64,000 nucleotides of DNA, taken from the NCBI GenBank assembly GCA_024408105.1, contig JAKSVG010000001.1, forward strand, positions 50,854 through 114,853, in the 5' to 3' direction. The notes beneath the pieces are model-generated. The model was not told where the DNA came from, made no database searches, and saw only the letters and a list, made by a program, of their open reading frames with translations. This document shows, piece after piece, positions 10,166 to 19,157 of the stretch. This DNA is from Bacilli bacterium (GTDB taxonomy: Bacteria > Bacillota_I > Bacilli_A > RFN20 > CAG-826). Numbering within the stretch: the first letter of the stretch is position 1; each line of letters begins with the position of its first letter. The position numbers and the translations under genes are program-made.

Positions 10166-11376
10166 TGCAAAATAATGAAGCTTTCTCAGTTACAGCTTTA
10201 AACAAATACATCAAACTTATGTTTGATAATAATTTTTCGTTGCGAAATTTAACTGTGAAAGGTGAAATTTCAAATCTAAAAAAATATCCAAGCGGCCATG
10301 TGTATTTTTCATTAAAAGATGAAGAATCTGTCATCAAAGCTGTTATGTTTTATGATTATGCAAAGCATCTCAACCAAAACATCAAAGATGGCGATGAGGT
10401 ACTTGTCACAGGAAATGTCAGCGTATATCCATCTAGGGGTGAATATCAAATATATGCAGTCGCAATGGAACTAAATGGAGCTGGAGCTCAGCTTTTAGAA
10501 TTGGAACTTCTTAAAAAGAAACTTGCCGCAGAGGGATTATTCGACATCTCTCGCAAAAGAAAAATTAATATTTTTCCAAAATCTGTTGGCGTTATTTGCG
10601 CGCCTAACTCAGCGGCAATGGCTGATATAGTCACGAATTTGCTCCGCAGATTTCCTCTTGTAGAGGTCAAAAAATTCCCTAGCCTTGTCCAAGGTAGCGA
10701 AGCAGTAAAATCGCTCTTAAATGCCTTAAATGAGGCCAAAAACAGCAATTTAGATACATTGATTATCGGTCGAGGTGGTGGAGCAAGCGAAGACTTGAGC
10801 GCATTTAATGACGAAACGCTTGTGCGCAAACTCGCAAACTTCCCAGTCCCAACAATAAGTGCTGTCGGCCACGAAATTGATTTTACACTGATAGATTATG
10901 TTGCTGATGCCAGAGCATCAACTCCCACAGGAGCTGCAGAATTAGCAACAGTTGATAAAAGAGAGATATTTCAAAAATTAGATCATGCTGATTCATCATT
11001 AACTAAGTTAATAGAAGACAAGAATGAACGTTATAGATCAAAGCTTGAATCAATTAGCAAAAGACCTTTCTTTATTAATCCAAAAACAATGTATATTGAT
11101 AAGTTGAAGGATTTAAAAATCATTAGTGATAAACTTAATTTAGTTGTAAAGCATCTTATAGATGAGAAAATCAATTATATAAATTCTCAAAGCAAACATT
11201 TGCATGCATTATCTCCCAATGGAGTTTTAAAAAGAGGTTACTCAATATTGCAAAACGAGAATGGCGCAGTTATTAACAGCACATCGATGATAAAGTTAGA
11301 TTCTACTGTTAAAACAGTATTAGCTGACGGAATAATAACATCAAAAGTTATAAAAAAGGAGAGCAAAAATGGATAG
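10162..11376 (+). CDS. xseA: Exodeoxyribonuclease VII large subunit
   Basis: OB-fold N-terminus and XseA catalytic core. Followed by xseB. Confidence 0.88.
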   Translation: MMQNNEAFSVTALNKYIKLMFDNNFSLRNLTVKGEISNLKKYPSGHVYFSLKDEESVIKAVMFYDYAKHLNQNIKDGDEVLVTGNVSVYPSRGEYQIYAVAMELNGAGAQLLELELLKKKLAAEGLFDISRKRKINIFPKSVGVICAPNSAAMADIVTNLLRRFPLVEVKKFPSLVQGSEAVKSLLNALNEAKNSNLDTLIIGRGGGASEDLSAFNDETLVRKLANFPVPTISAVGHEIDFTLIDYVADARASTPTGAAELATVDKREIFQKLDHADSSLTKLIEDKNERYRSKLESISKRPFFINPKTMYIDKLKDLKIISDKLNLVVKHLIDEKINYINSQSKHLHALSPNGVLKRGYSILQNENGAVINSTSMIKLDSTVKTVLADGIITSKVIKKESKNG

Positions 11377-11557
11377 TAGTAAATTTGATTTTGAAAAATC
11401 ACTAAAAAGATTAGACGAAATTGTTGAAAAAGTAGAAAACGAAACCCTTCCTTTGGAAGAAACATTAAAATTGTATGAAGAAGGCAAGAAACTTATCAAG
11501 GAATTAGAGTCTACACTAAAAGAGGCTGAAAAGAAAATAGAGGAACTATCAAAATAA
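11369..11557 (+). CDS. xseB: Exodeoxyribonuclease VII small subunit
   Basis: 62-aa coiled-coil protein overlapping the xseA stop. AAGGAG RBS. Confidence 0.85.
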   Translation: MDSSKFDFEKSLKRLDEIVEKVENETLPLEETLKLYEEGKKLIKELESTLKEAEKKIEELSK

Positions 11558-11604
11558 CATAGTTAAATTGTGTTATTAGTATTTTTTTAGTATTTATTTA
11601 GTTT

Positions 11605-13476
11605 ATGTCAAAAAAGAGAATTAACAAAGTTAAACATATCGATATTAGTGAGATAAAAAATCCTAAGTTTTTAGGAGGGCTATCTTTTAACGAACTCAAA
11701 GTTTTGGCTGAAGATATCCGTTCTGAAATTTTAAGAGTCACAAGTGTTTACGGTGGTCATCTATCAAGCAATTTAGGTGCAGTTGAATTAACTATTGCTT
11801 TGAATAGAATTTTCGACTTTTCAACTGATAAGTTGATATTTGATGTTGGCCATCAATGCTATACATATAAAATTTTAACAGGAAGATCACTTGAAGGGTT
11901 GAGGACTGAAAATGGGGTTTCTGGATTCCAAAAAATCAAAGAATCAAAATATGATTGTTATGAAGCAGGCCATTCATCAACTTCCATAAGTGCTGCAAAT
12001 GGCTTTGCCATTGCTAGAGATTTAAATAAAGAATCATATAACGTTGTAGCTTTTATTGGTGATGCTTCAATTGTTTCCGGCTTGGCTTTTGAAGGTTTAA
12101 ATAATCTAGCATCATCTAACCATAAGGTTATTGTTGTTTTAAACGACAATGGTATGTCTATTTCTAAACCTGCAGGTGGTGTGGGGAAAATGTTCGCACG
12201 CATCTCATCAGCTGCAGGCTACAATCGTATGAAGGTCGCTTATAGAAAAGTAATGTTTAAAACCAAATTCGGTAAAAGCGTGTATAACACAACTCTTAAA
12301 TTTAAAAATTGGTTTAAACGAAAAGTCGTACCACAAACTATTTTTGACTCCATCGGTTTATCCTATATTGGGCCTATAGATGGTCATAATATTAAAGCTA
12401 TTGAAAAAGCATTAAAAAGAGCTAAAAACACAACAAAATCAGTTGTTGTCCATTGCTGTACCTTAAAAGGTAAAGGATACAAATTTTCAGAAAATGACAC
12501 AACAGGATATTGGCATGGCGTTACCCCTTTTGAAGTCGAAACTGGAAAACCAAAAAATGAACACCCTGGTTTTAACTCCTGGTCTCATATCTTTGGAGAC
12601 TTAACAATGAGAATTATGGAAAAGCATAATAATGCTTATCTCATATCTCCAGCAACAATGAAAGGCGCAAGTATGGATGAAGCGTTTACTAAATATCGTG
12701 AACGCTCTATCGATGTTGGCATAGCTGAAGAACACGCTGTTACACTAGCTAGTGGCATAGCAGTTAATGGCTATCATCCTGTTATAAGCATTTACTCTAC
12801 ATTTATGCAAAGAGCATACGATGAAATATCACACGATATAGCGCGTATGAATTGCAATGCAACATTTCTAGTCGATCGTGCTGGTTTAGTGGGCTCTGAT
12901 GGCGAAACACATCAAGGCATCTATGATGTAGCATTCTTATATAGTGTGCCTAATACTGTAATCACAATGCCTTCAAGCATAGATGAAGCAAATTATTTGT
13001 ATGAAGAGTCGTTCAACAATCATGGACCATTCTTTATAAGAATACCTAGATGTATGGTGAAGCATGAAGAAACAATACACGCTTTATCCTACGAGTACGG
13101 AAAATGGCCAAAACTCAAAGAATCCCAAAACAAAAAGTTGGCAATTGCTGGGGTTGGACCACTCTTAAGAGAACTTGCAAAACTCATTGAAGAGAATGGC
13201 ATCGACTGTACAATTTATAACGCAATTTATATTAAACCGATGGATGATGCAGCAATTTCTGAGCTCACATCATACGATAAAATCGTGATTTATGACCCTT
13301 ATTCAACCCAAGAAGGCTTTGTAAATGCGCTAATAAGCAATTTATCGTTAAAAAACTTTAAAGGGCTAATTTCGCCGTTTGTGATAAAAAATGAGTTTAT
13401 TACGCAGGCAACAGTTGAAAAACAATTAGAACGATATGGCTTAATGCCTCAACAAATAATTGATTCAATTAAATAA
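11605..13476 (+). CDS. dxs: 1-deoxy-D-xylulose-5-phosphate synthase
   Basis: 623 aa with transketolase-like ThDP-binding motifs. Position after xseAB matches Bacillus. MEP pathway. Confidence 0.9.
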   Translation: MSKKRINKVKHIDISEIKNPKFLGGLSFNELKVLAEDIRSEILRVTSVYGGHLSSNLGAVELTIALNRIFDFSTDKLIFDVGHQCYTYKILTGRSLEGLRTENGVSGFQKIKESKYDCYEAGHSSTSISAANGFAIARDLNKESYNVVAFIGDASIVSGLAFEGLNNLASSNHKVIVVLNDNGMSISKPAGGVGKMFARISSAAGYNRMKVAYRKVMFKTKFGKSVYNTTLKFKNWFKRKVVPQTIFDSIGLSYIGPIDGHNIKAIEKALKRAKNTTKSVVVHCCTLKGKGYKFSENDTTGYWHGVTPFEVETGKPKNEHPGFNSWSHIFGDLTMRIMEKHNNAYLISPATMKGASMDEAFTKYRERSIDVGIAEEHAVTLASGIAVNGYHPVISIYSTFMQRAYDEISHDIARMNCNATFLVDRAGLVGSDGETHQGIYDVAFLYSVPNTVITMPSSIDEANYLYEESFNNHGPFFIRIPRCMVKHEETIHALSYEYGKWPKLKESQNKKLAIAGVGPLLRELAKLIEENGIDCTIYNAIYIKPMDDAAISELTSYDKIVIYDPYSTQEGFVNALISNLSLKNFKGLISPFVIKNEFITQATVEKQLERYGLMPQQIIDSIK

Positions 13477-13481
13477 CATTT

Positions 13482-13521
13482 AAGCATATCTTGGTTAACA
13501 TAATATTGATATGCTTTTTTA
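13482..13521 (+). terminator. Terminator-like hairpin after dxs that carries a dif-like half-site in its loop
   Basis: 9-bp perfect inverted repeat AAGCATATC / GATATGCTT followed by TTTTTT. The 18-nt loop TTGGTTAACATAATATTG is the repeat copy described in the findings. Confidence 0.5.
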
Positions 13522-13540
13522 TTTTATCTAAAATAATAAT

Positions 13541-14743
13541 ATGTCAAAGATTATTCTCCATATTGATTTGAACCAATTCTTTGTTCGCTGCGAAGAAATT
13601 AAAAATCCTAACCTTATAGGAAAACCAGTTATTATTGGACACGATGGTCGAGGCGGAATTGTTTCAACATGTTCATATGAGGCAAGAAAATTTGGCATCA
13701 AAAGCGGTATGCCAACATTCATGGCTATTAAATTAAATCCAAAAGTGATAATGATTCCAGGCGATTATAAATTTTATTCGTCAATGTCGCGAAAATTTAT
13801 TAATTTTATTAAAACAAAAGCAACGAATATAGAACAAGCCTCAATTGATGAGTGTTATGTTGATATGACAAAAGAATTAAAAGACGTAAAAAATGTTGAG
13901 CAATATCTTTTAGATATGCAAAACGAGTTATATGAAAAAACGGGGTTAAAATGTTCAATAGGCGTAGCTCCCACCAAATTTCTTGCAAAAATGGGGAGCG
14001 ATATGAAAAAACCAATGGGATTAACTATAATTCGCCGAAAAGACATAAGAAAAATGATTTATCCGTTGCCCATTAGTGATTTTTATGGAATTGGTAAGAA
14101 AACTACGCCTAAATTAGAAAAGATTGGAATTAAAACTATCGGTGATTTAGCAATAAGAGTAAATAATGATGACAAAGTCATAAAAAACGAATTAGGCAAA
14201 TTCTTTTTTGCGGTAAAAGATATGATTAATGGACAGAGCAGCGATTATGTAGACTCTGAACCATTTGATCCAAAATCAATTGGTAATAGCCATACGCTTC
14301 CATTTGATACAAATAGCTATAATGATTTGAAAGAAAATTTAGTTATATTGGCCGAGGAAGTATCACAACGAGCAAAAGAAGCAAATAAGGTTGGAACAAC
14401 AGTTCAAGTAGTTCTAAAAGATAACGGATTCAAAGTTATCAATAGATCTATATCATTTAGCAAGCCAACCAACGATTTTGATGTAATCAAATCTTATACA
14501 ATTCAATTGTTAGACAAAAACTACGATAGCGAAAAAATGATTAGGTTAGTAGGAGTAACACTTCAAAATCTAATTAACCCTTCGGAGGTTACTATTCAAA
14601 TGTCTATTTTTGACGATTTTGAGAAGATAAAAGAAGAATGCGCAACAAAGTTGCTCATTTCAGAACTAAATAGAAAAATGAACAAGTCTGTTTTTAAGAC
14701 TGCTGCAGAATTGGAGTCAGAAAAAAGAAATGGAAGTAAATGA
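13541..14743 (+). CDS. dinB: DNA polymerase IV (Y-family translesion polymerase)
   Basis: N-terminus HIDLNQFFV...C..., with the conserved Y-family palm, fingers and little-finger layout. Confidence 0.88.
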   Translation: MSKIILHIDLNQFFVRCEEIKNPNLIGKPVIIGHDGRGGIVSTCSYEARKFGIKSGMPTFMAIKLNPKVIMIPGDYKFYSSMSRKFINFIKTKATNIEQASIDECYVDMTKELKDVKNVEQYLLDMQNELYEKTGLKCSIGVAPTKFLAKMGSDMKKPMGLTIIRRKDIRKMIYPLPISDFYGIGKKTTPKLEKIGIKTIGDLAIRVNNDDKVIKNELGKFFFAVKDMINGQSSDYVDSEPFDPKSIGNSHTLPFDTNSYNDLKENLVILAEEVSQRAKEANKVGTTVQVVLKDNGFKVINRSISFSKPTNDFDVIKSYTIQLLDKNYDSEKMIRLVGVTLQNLINPSEVTIQMSIFDDFEKIKEECATKLLISELNRKMNKSVFKTAAELESEKRNGSK

Positions 14744-15608
14744 TGCAATCGATTTATTTATCCAATACCTTAGAGTAGAAAAAGGCGTGAGCGAGGATAC
14801 GGTCAAGTCATACTTATATGATTTAAAGCAATTTTTCTTAGCGTTGCCTAAAAAAGATACAGCTGAATTTCTGCCAGTTGATATAGCAGACTTTATTAAA
14901 ATACAAAATAAAAAAATGCTATCAAGTTCTACGGTTTTAAGAAGACTTTCATCGACAAAAAACTTTTATTTATTTTGCCAAAGAGAACATATTATTGATT
15001 TTAATATCAATAAATTTGAAACGCCAAAAGGGATGAAACATCTTCCTATTTCAATATCAGTTGAAGAGGTTGAGAATTTGCTTAATGCACCAAATGAAGA
15101 AAAGCCTGAAGGATTAAGAGATCGTGCAATGCTAGAAACAATGTATTCTAGCGGACTTCGTGTTAGCGAACTTATTATGCTAAAAATATCACAAGTCAAT
15201 TTTGACAAAGGCATCATAAATGTTATCGGTAAAGGAAACAAACAAAGAAAAGTACCAATCGGAGATTTTGCTTTGGATTATGTCCAAAAATATGTTCAGA
15301 CAGCAAGATATAAGAATCCAGGAAAAAATACTCCTTATTTATTTTTAAATAGATATGGTCAACCTATTTCCAGGCAATTCTTTTTCAAACAAGTTAAAAA
15401 ATATGCAGAACAGGTTGGAATAGAAGAAAATATCTCGCCTCATACTTTAAGGCATTGCTTTGCAACGCATCTTTTGGAAAATGGGGCTGAACTTAGAGCG
15501 GTGCAAGAAATGCTCGGACACACAAATATTGCAACAACGCAAATTTATACCAATATTTCAAGCAAGCGCATTATGAGTGCGTATGATTTGTATGTGAAAC
15601 GAAAATAG
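14730..15608 (+). CDS. Tyrosine site-specific recombinase of the XerC/XerD family
   Basis: 292 aa. Xer-like core-binding N-terminal domain. Catalytic R...HxxR...Y region (LRHCFATHLL, GHTNIATTQIYT). About 3 kb from the dif-like site. Confidence 0.8.
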   Translation: MEVNDAIDLFIQYLRVEKGVSEDTVKSYLYDLKQFFLALPKKDTAEFLPVDIADFIKIQNKKMLSSSTVLRRLSSTKNFYLFCQREHIIDFNINKFETPKGMKHLPISISVEEVENLLNAPNEEKPEGLRDRAMLETMYSSGLRVSELIMLKISQVNFDKGIINVIGKGNKQRKVPIGDFALDYVQKYVQTARYKNPGKNTPYLFLNRYGQPISRQFFFKQVKKYAEQVGIEENISPHTLRHCFATHLLENGAELRAVQEMLGHTNIATTQIYTNISSKRIMSAYDLYVKRK

Positions 15609-15642
15609 TGATAATATAATTATCGTCTAAGGGAGTGAAAAA

Positions 15643-16836
15643 ATGAAATTTAAAAGAATATTTGTTATTGTAGCAGATTCAGCTGGAATTGGAGAAATGC
15701 CTGATGCTGCCAAATTTGGTGACGCAGGAACAAATACATTTGTTCATACTTCAGAAAAGTGTGGCGGATTAAATGTACCAGTCATGAATTCAATGGGTTT
15801 AGGCGAATTAGCTCCTGTCCTTGGAACAAGCAAAGTTTCTCATCCAAATTCATATTGCATGAGACTAAGAGAAGCAAGTGCTGGAAAAGACACTATGACT
15901 GGACACTGGGAAATGATGGGAATTTACACAACCAAACCATTCCAGACATTTACCGATACAGGTTTTCCTCAAAGTTTAATCGAAGAATTAGAAAAACGCA
16001 CTGGTCACAAAATAATTGGCAACAAAGCCGCAAGTGGAACAGAAATTCTTAAAGAATTAGGCGAAGAACAAAAACGAGATAATTCTTTAATTGTATATAC
16101 ATCCGCTGATAGCGTTCTCCAAATTGCTGCTCATGAAGAAACTACTGGTGTAAAAGAGTTATATAGATGCTGTGATATAGCCCGCGAACTATGTATGAAA
16201 CCCGAATATTTTGTCGGAAGAATCATTGCAAGACCTTTTATTGGTGACAGCGCAGAAACATTTAAACGTACTCCAAATAGACATGATATAGCTGTCAGCC
16301 CAACTGGTACGACTGTTATGAATATTTTGCAAGATAACCATTTTATGGTTAGTTGCGTTGGAAAAATAGGAGACATTTTCAACCAGGTCGGAGTTGTCAA
16401 AACCCAAAAGACTGTGAGCAATATGGATGGAATGGATAAAACAATTGACGAAGCTAAAAATCACGATTTTGAAGGATTGTGCTATGTCAATCTAGTTGAA
16501 TTTGATTCCGAATATGGTCATAGAAGAAACGCACTAGGATATGGAAAAGCATTAGAAGAATTCGATGTTCGCATAGGCGAACTCATAAAAGTTCTACACG
16601 ACGATGACTTACTAATGATTACAGCAGATCACGGAAACGATCCAACCCATACCGGGACAGATCATACAAGGGAAAAAGTTCCTTTACTTGTTTATAGTAA
16701 ATCATTCAAAAACGGAAGATATCTTGATGAAAGATCTACATTCGCAGATATTGGTGGTACAATTCTCAAAAACTTTGGGTTAAAGAAATCAGACAATGAG
16801 ATTGGAGAACCAATCTATGAGTTGTTCGAAGATTAG
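15643..16836 (+). CDS. deoB: Phosphopentomutase
   Basis: N-terminus MKFKRIFVIVADSAGIGEMPDA... and the metal-binding motifs of DeoB. GGGAG RBS. Confidence 0.9.
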   Translation: MKFKRIFVIVADSAGIGEMPDAAKFGDAGTNTFVHTSEKCGGLNVPVMNSMGLGELAPVLGTSKVSHPNSYCMRLREASAGKDTMTGHWEMMGIYTTKPFQTFTDTGFPQSLIEELEKRTGHKIIGNKAASGTEILKELGEEQKRDNSLIVYTSADSVLQIAAHEETTGVKELYRCCDIARELCMKPEYFVGRIIARPFIGDSAETFKRTPNRHDIAVSPTGTTVMNILQDNHFMVSCVGKIGDIFNQVGVVKTQKTVSNMDGMDKTIDEAKNHDFEGLCYVNLVEFDSEYGHRRNALGYGKALEEFDVRIGELIKVLHDDDLLMITADHGNDPTHTGTDHTREKVPLLVYSKSFKNGRYLDERSTFADIGGTILKNFGLKKSDNEIGEPIYELFED

Positions 16837-17791
16837 AAAAATTTCAATTTTGCCTTTATTGACAATAGCCTTAATTAGTTGTTCTAAAACTAAGCAAAGT
16901 CTCATGTGCGTGTGTCCTAAGGGAGCACCTGCACTTAGTTTTTATAACGTAAATTTCGAAGAAATTGAATTCAGATCAGAACCAACACTAGTTTTATCAG
17001 AATTACAAAAAAATGATTTTGATATGGTTGTTTTCGACTCGATTAATGGATTAAAAAGCTGCGTGAAAAACAAAGCTAACTATGCTTTAGCAAAGCTAAT
17101 TACAGGTGGCAATTTCTATTTAGTAGGAATTGATGTAAAGCCATTAAGCGATGGAAGTTATCCTCTCCCAAAGAGTGATGACATAGTTGTTTCGTTTGGG
17201 CAAAACCTAATACCAGATTTAGTTTATTCAAAACTATGTTCTGACTTTTGGCACATAGAAAATAATGCACATTACGTTAATAGCGTAAACGATGCCTTGG
17301 CCGTATTGAAAAGTGGAAGATATAGTGGTGGAAATGCCAATTACGTATTTATTGCTGAACCAGCATTAACAGCAGCATTAAACGACAAAACATGCGAAAC
17401 ATACGGAAAAGTTAACATAGTTAAAAATATACGTTCAGAATGGAAAATTTATTCTGGCCAAGATGGGTTAGCTCAAGCTGGTATATTCGTGAACAAATCT
17501 TCATATGAAAAGAGAAAAGATGAATTGCATAAATATATTGTTAATGTAGAAAATGCTATTGAAACCGCTATAAACGATCCTTTAAGTGTAAAACACGATA
17601 TGGATTCAAAGCTGAGTCTTAATGAACAAATTGAAAAATACGGGTTTAATTCAAACACAGTTCTTCAAGTCCAAAGTGATAACCGCAATGGATTCGGATT
17701 AGTGGGGAAAAATGAATCAATTGACGTTAATAAATTTTTGGAATACTTAGGACAAAGTCCTATACCAGAGGATTATTTTATTGAAGTATGA
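16817..17791 (+). CDS. Lipoprotein, putative substrate-binding component of an ABC importer
   Basis: Signal peptide with lipobox (LLTIALISC|SK). The ORF-track start at 16796 overlaps the deoB end, and the ATG at 16817 is 11 nt after GGAG. The stop overlaps the start of the downstream permease. Confidence 0.6.
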   Translation: MSCSKIRKISILPLLTIALISCSKTKQSLMCVCPKGAPALSFYNVNFEEIEFRSEPTLVLSELQKNDFDMVVFDSINGLKSCVKNKANYALAKLITGGNFYLVGIDVKPLSDGSYPLPKSDDIVVSFGQNLIPDLVYSKLCSDFWHIENNAHYVNSVNDALAVLKSGRYSGGNANYVFIAEPALTAALNDKTCETYGKVNIVKNIRSEWKIYSGQDGLAQAGIFVNKSSYEKRKDELHKYIVNVENAIETAINDPLSVKHDMDSKLSLNEQIEKYGFNSNTVLQVQSDNRNGFGLVGKNESIDVNKFLEYLGQSPIPEDYFIEV

Positions 17792-18561
17792 GAAGAATCA
17801 CAAGATTTTATAAAAATAATCGTATTCTAATTTGGACAATTATCGGAACAGGAACATTGTTTTTACTTTGGTGGATAATTTCATTGCTTGTAAATTCAAC
17901 ATTGTTTCCTGGCCCACAAGTGGTTGTTCCAGAATTTGTGGCGCATTTAGGCAAAGGGGGCACATATCTTGCAATTGGAGGAACATTAATAAGGTTATTA
18001 ATCTCGATTGCTTTAGGTTTTTTCTTTGGAATACTTCTAGGTATATTTGGTGGTCTTTCAGTTGGGTTTAGAGCATTTATGAGACCGTTTATTATTGTTT
18101 TTAGAACAATTCCAACGGCAGCAGTCGTTTTCATTATAGTCGCTTTGCTAAAACCAATGTTTGCACCGACAATTATCGTATTTCTAATTGTGTTCCCAAT
18201 TCTCTATGAATCGGTTGTCAGCGGAATTACAAACGTAGATCAATCAATTGTTGACGCACTAAAAATCGATGGAACAAATGTTAGAAAGGCAGTATTCAAA
18301 ATATATTTGCCATTATCATGGAGTTATATTCTTTTAGGATTGGTATCAAGCATTGGCTTAGGAATGAAAGTTGGAATAATGAGTGAAATATTAGCTGGAA
18401 GCGATTCGGCAAATGGGCTTGGAAAGCTAATTCGTGATGCTGCGACAATTGCTGATATGAAAGGCGTTTTGTCCTATTCGTTAATCGCTATCATATTGAT
18501 TGGGTTAATTGATATAGGAATGTATTTCCTGAAGAAAAAATTAAAAAATTATGCAAGATAA
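17788..18561 (+). CDS. ABC importer permease (binding-protein-dependent TMD with EAA loop)
   Basis: Six TM helices. EAA motif DALKIDGTNVRKAVFKIYLPL. No ATPase gene adjacent. Confidence 0.75.
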   Translation: MRRITRFYKNNRILIWTIIGTGTLFLLWWIISLLVNSTLFPGPQVVVPEFVAHLGKGGTYLAIGGTLIRLLISIALGFFFGILLGIFGGLSVGFRAFMRPFIIVFRTIPTAAVVFIIVALLKPMFAPTIIVFLIVFPILYESVVSGITNVDQSIVDALKIDGTNVRKAVFKIYLPLSWSYILLGLVSSIGLGMKVGIMSEILAGSDSANGLGKLIRDAATIADMKGVLSYSLIAIILIGLIDIGMYFLKKKLKNYAR

Positions 18562-18563
18562 CC

Positions 18564-18589
18564 AAGCCATTGAAATGTGGCTTTTTTTC
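18564..18589 (+). terminator. Rho-independent terminator after the permease gene
   Basis: AAGCCA-ttgaaatg-TGGCTT followed by TTTTTTT. Confidence 0.65.
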
Positions 18590-18760
18590 TTGCAAACCAA
18601 GCAAAAATTGGAGTGGTAGTGAATCATAATTAGTAGATATTTAGTAGTTTTTATCCACAAAAATAATTGTTGAAAGATGGTTATTAGATATTTTATGCAA
18701 TCATTTGTTTTCGAAAAATATTCAAAAAAGATTCGATGAATACTTATATTTATACATTTT

Positions 18761-18788
18761 GGTTAACATAATAGTGATTATACGAAGT
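18761..18788. other. dif chromosome-dimer resolution site (Xer target) at the convergence of + and - gene blocks
   Basis: Bottom strand reads ACTTCGTATAA-TCACTA-TTATGTTAACC. The XerC arm matches S. aureus and B. subtilis dif (ACTTCCTATAA / ACTTCCTAGAA) at 10/11 and 9/11. The XerD arm matches TTATGTAAACT at 9/11. Sits in a convergent intergenic region. Confidence 0.6.
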
Positions 18789-18796
18789 TATATGTT

Positions 18797-18826
18797 TTTA
18801 AGAAAACGTGCTTTTTAGTCAGCACG
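18797..18826 (-). terminator. Rho-independent terminator after rsfS
   Basis: CGTGCT-gactaaaa-AGCACG followed by TTTTCTT on the minus strand. Confidence 0.6.
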
Positions 18827-18833
18827 GCTTCTC

Positions 18834-19157
18834 TTACTTAGATTTTAGTAATTCATCAAGACTAATTCTATCGCGTTCTTCTTTCGTAAAGATGTTTACA
18901 ATTACATGATGAGCATCAATTAATATCCAACCAGATTCTGCTTTCCCTTCAATGTGCCCAATGCTTATTTTATTCTTTTCAAATTCATCTTCAATCAATT
19001 CGACAAGCGCTTTTAACTGTCTGTTACTTCCTGCTGTTGCTAAAACATAATAATCAGCGAATGGGGTTTTATCCTTAACATCAATTACTTGAATATTTTC
19101 AGCCTTATGTTCGTTTAAAACTTTTTCGGCTAAAGACACGGTTTTATCTTTTTTCAT
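18834..19157 (-). CDS. rsfS: Ribosomal silencing factor RsfS (Iojap)
   Basis: 107 aa, Iojap-like. AAGGAG RBS. Lies downstream of nadD/yqeK, as in Bacillus. Confidence 0.85.
   Translation of the reverse strand: MKKDKTVSLAEKVLNEHKAENIQVIDVKDKTPFADYYVLATAGSNRQLKALVELIEDEFEKNKISIGHIEGKAESGWILIDAHHVIVNIFTKEERDRISLDELLKSK

Noticed and set aside
18637-18663. TTAGTAGTTTT-type motif shared between 18650-18663 and 27463-27490 (two tandem copies after plsY)
   Set aside because: A short AT-rich motif that contains TAG stop codons. It is plausibly chance or a generic post-gene stop-rich spacer, with too little length for a meaningful repeat family.
18779-18791. Exact 13-mer TATACGAAGTTAT identical to a loxP arm, raising the possibility of an engineered Cre/lox scar
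   Set aside because: The partner arm and the 8-bp GCATACAT spacer are absent. The 13-mer coincides with the XerC arm of a dif-like site, and lox and dif arms are naturally related. A native dif is the simpler reading.
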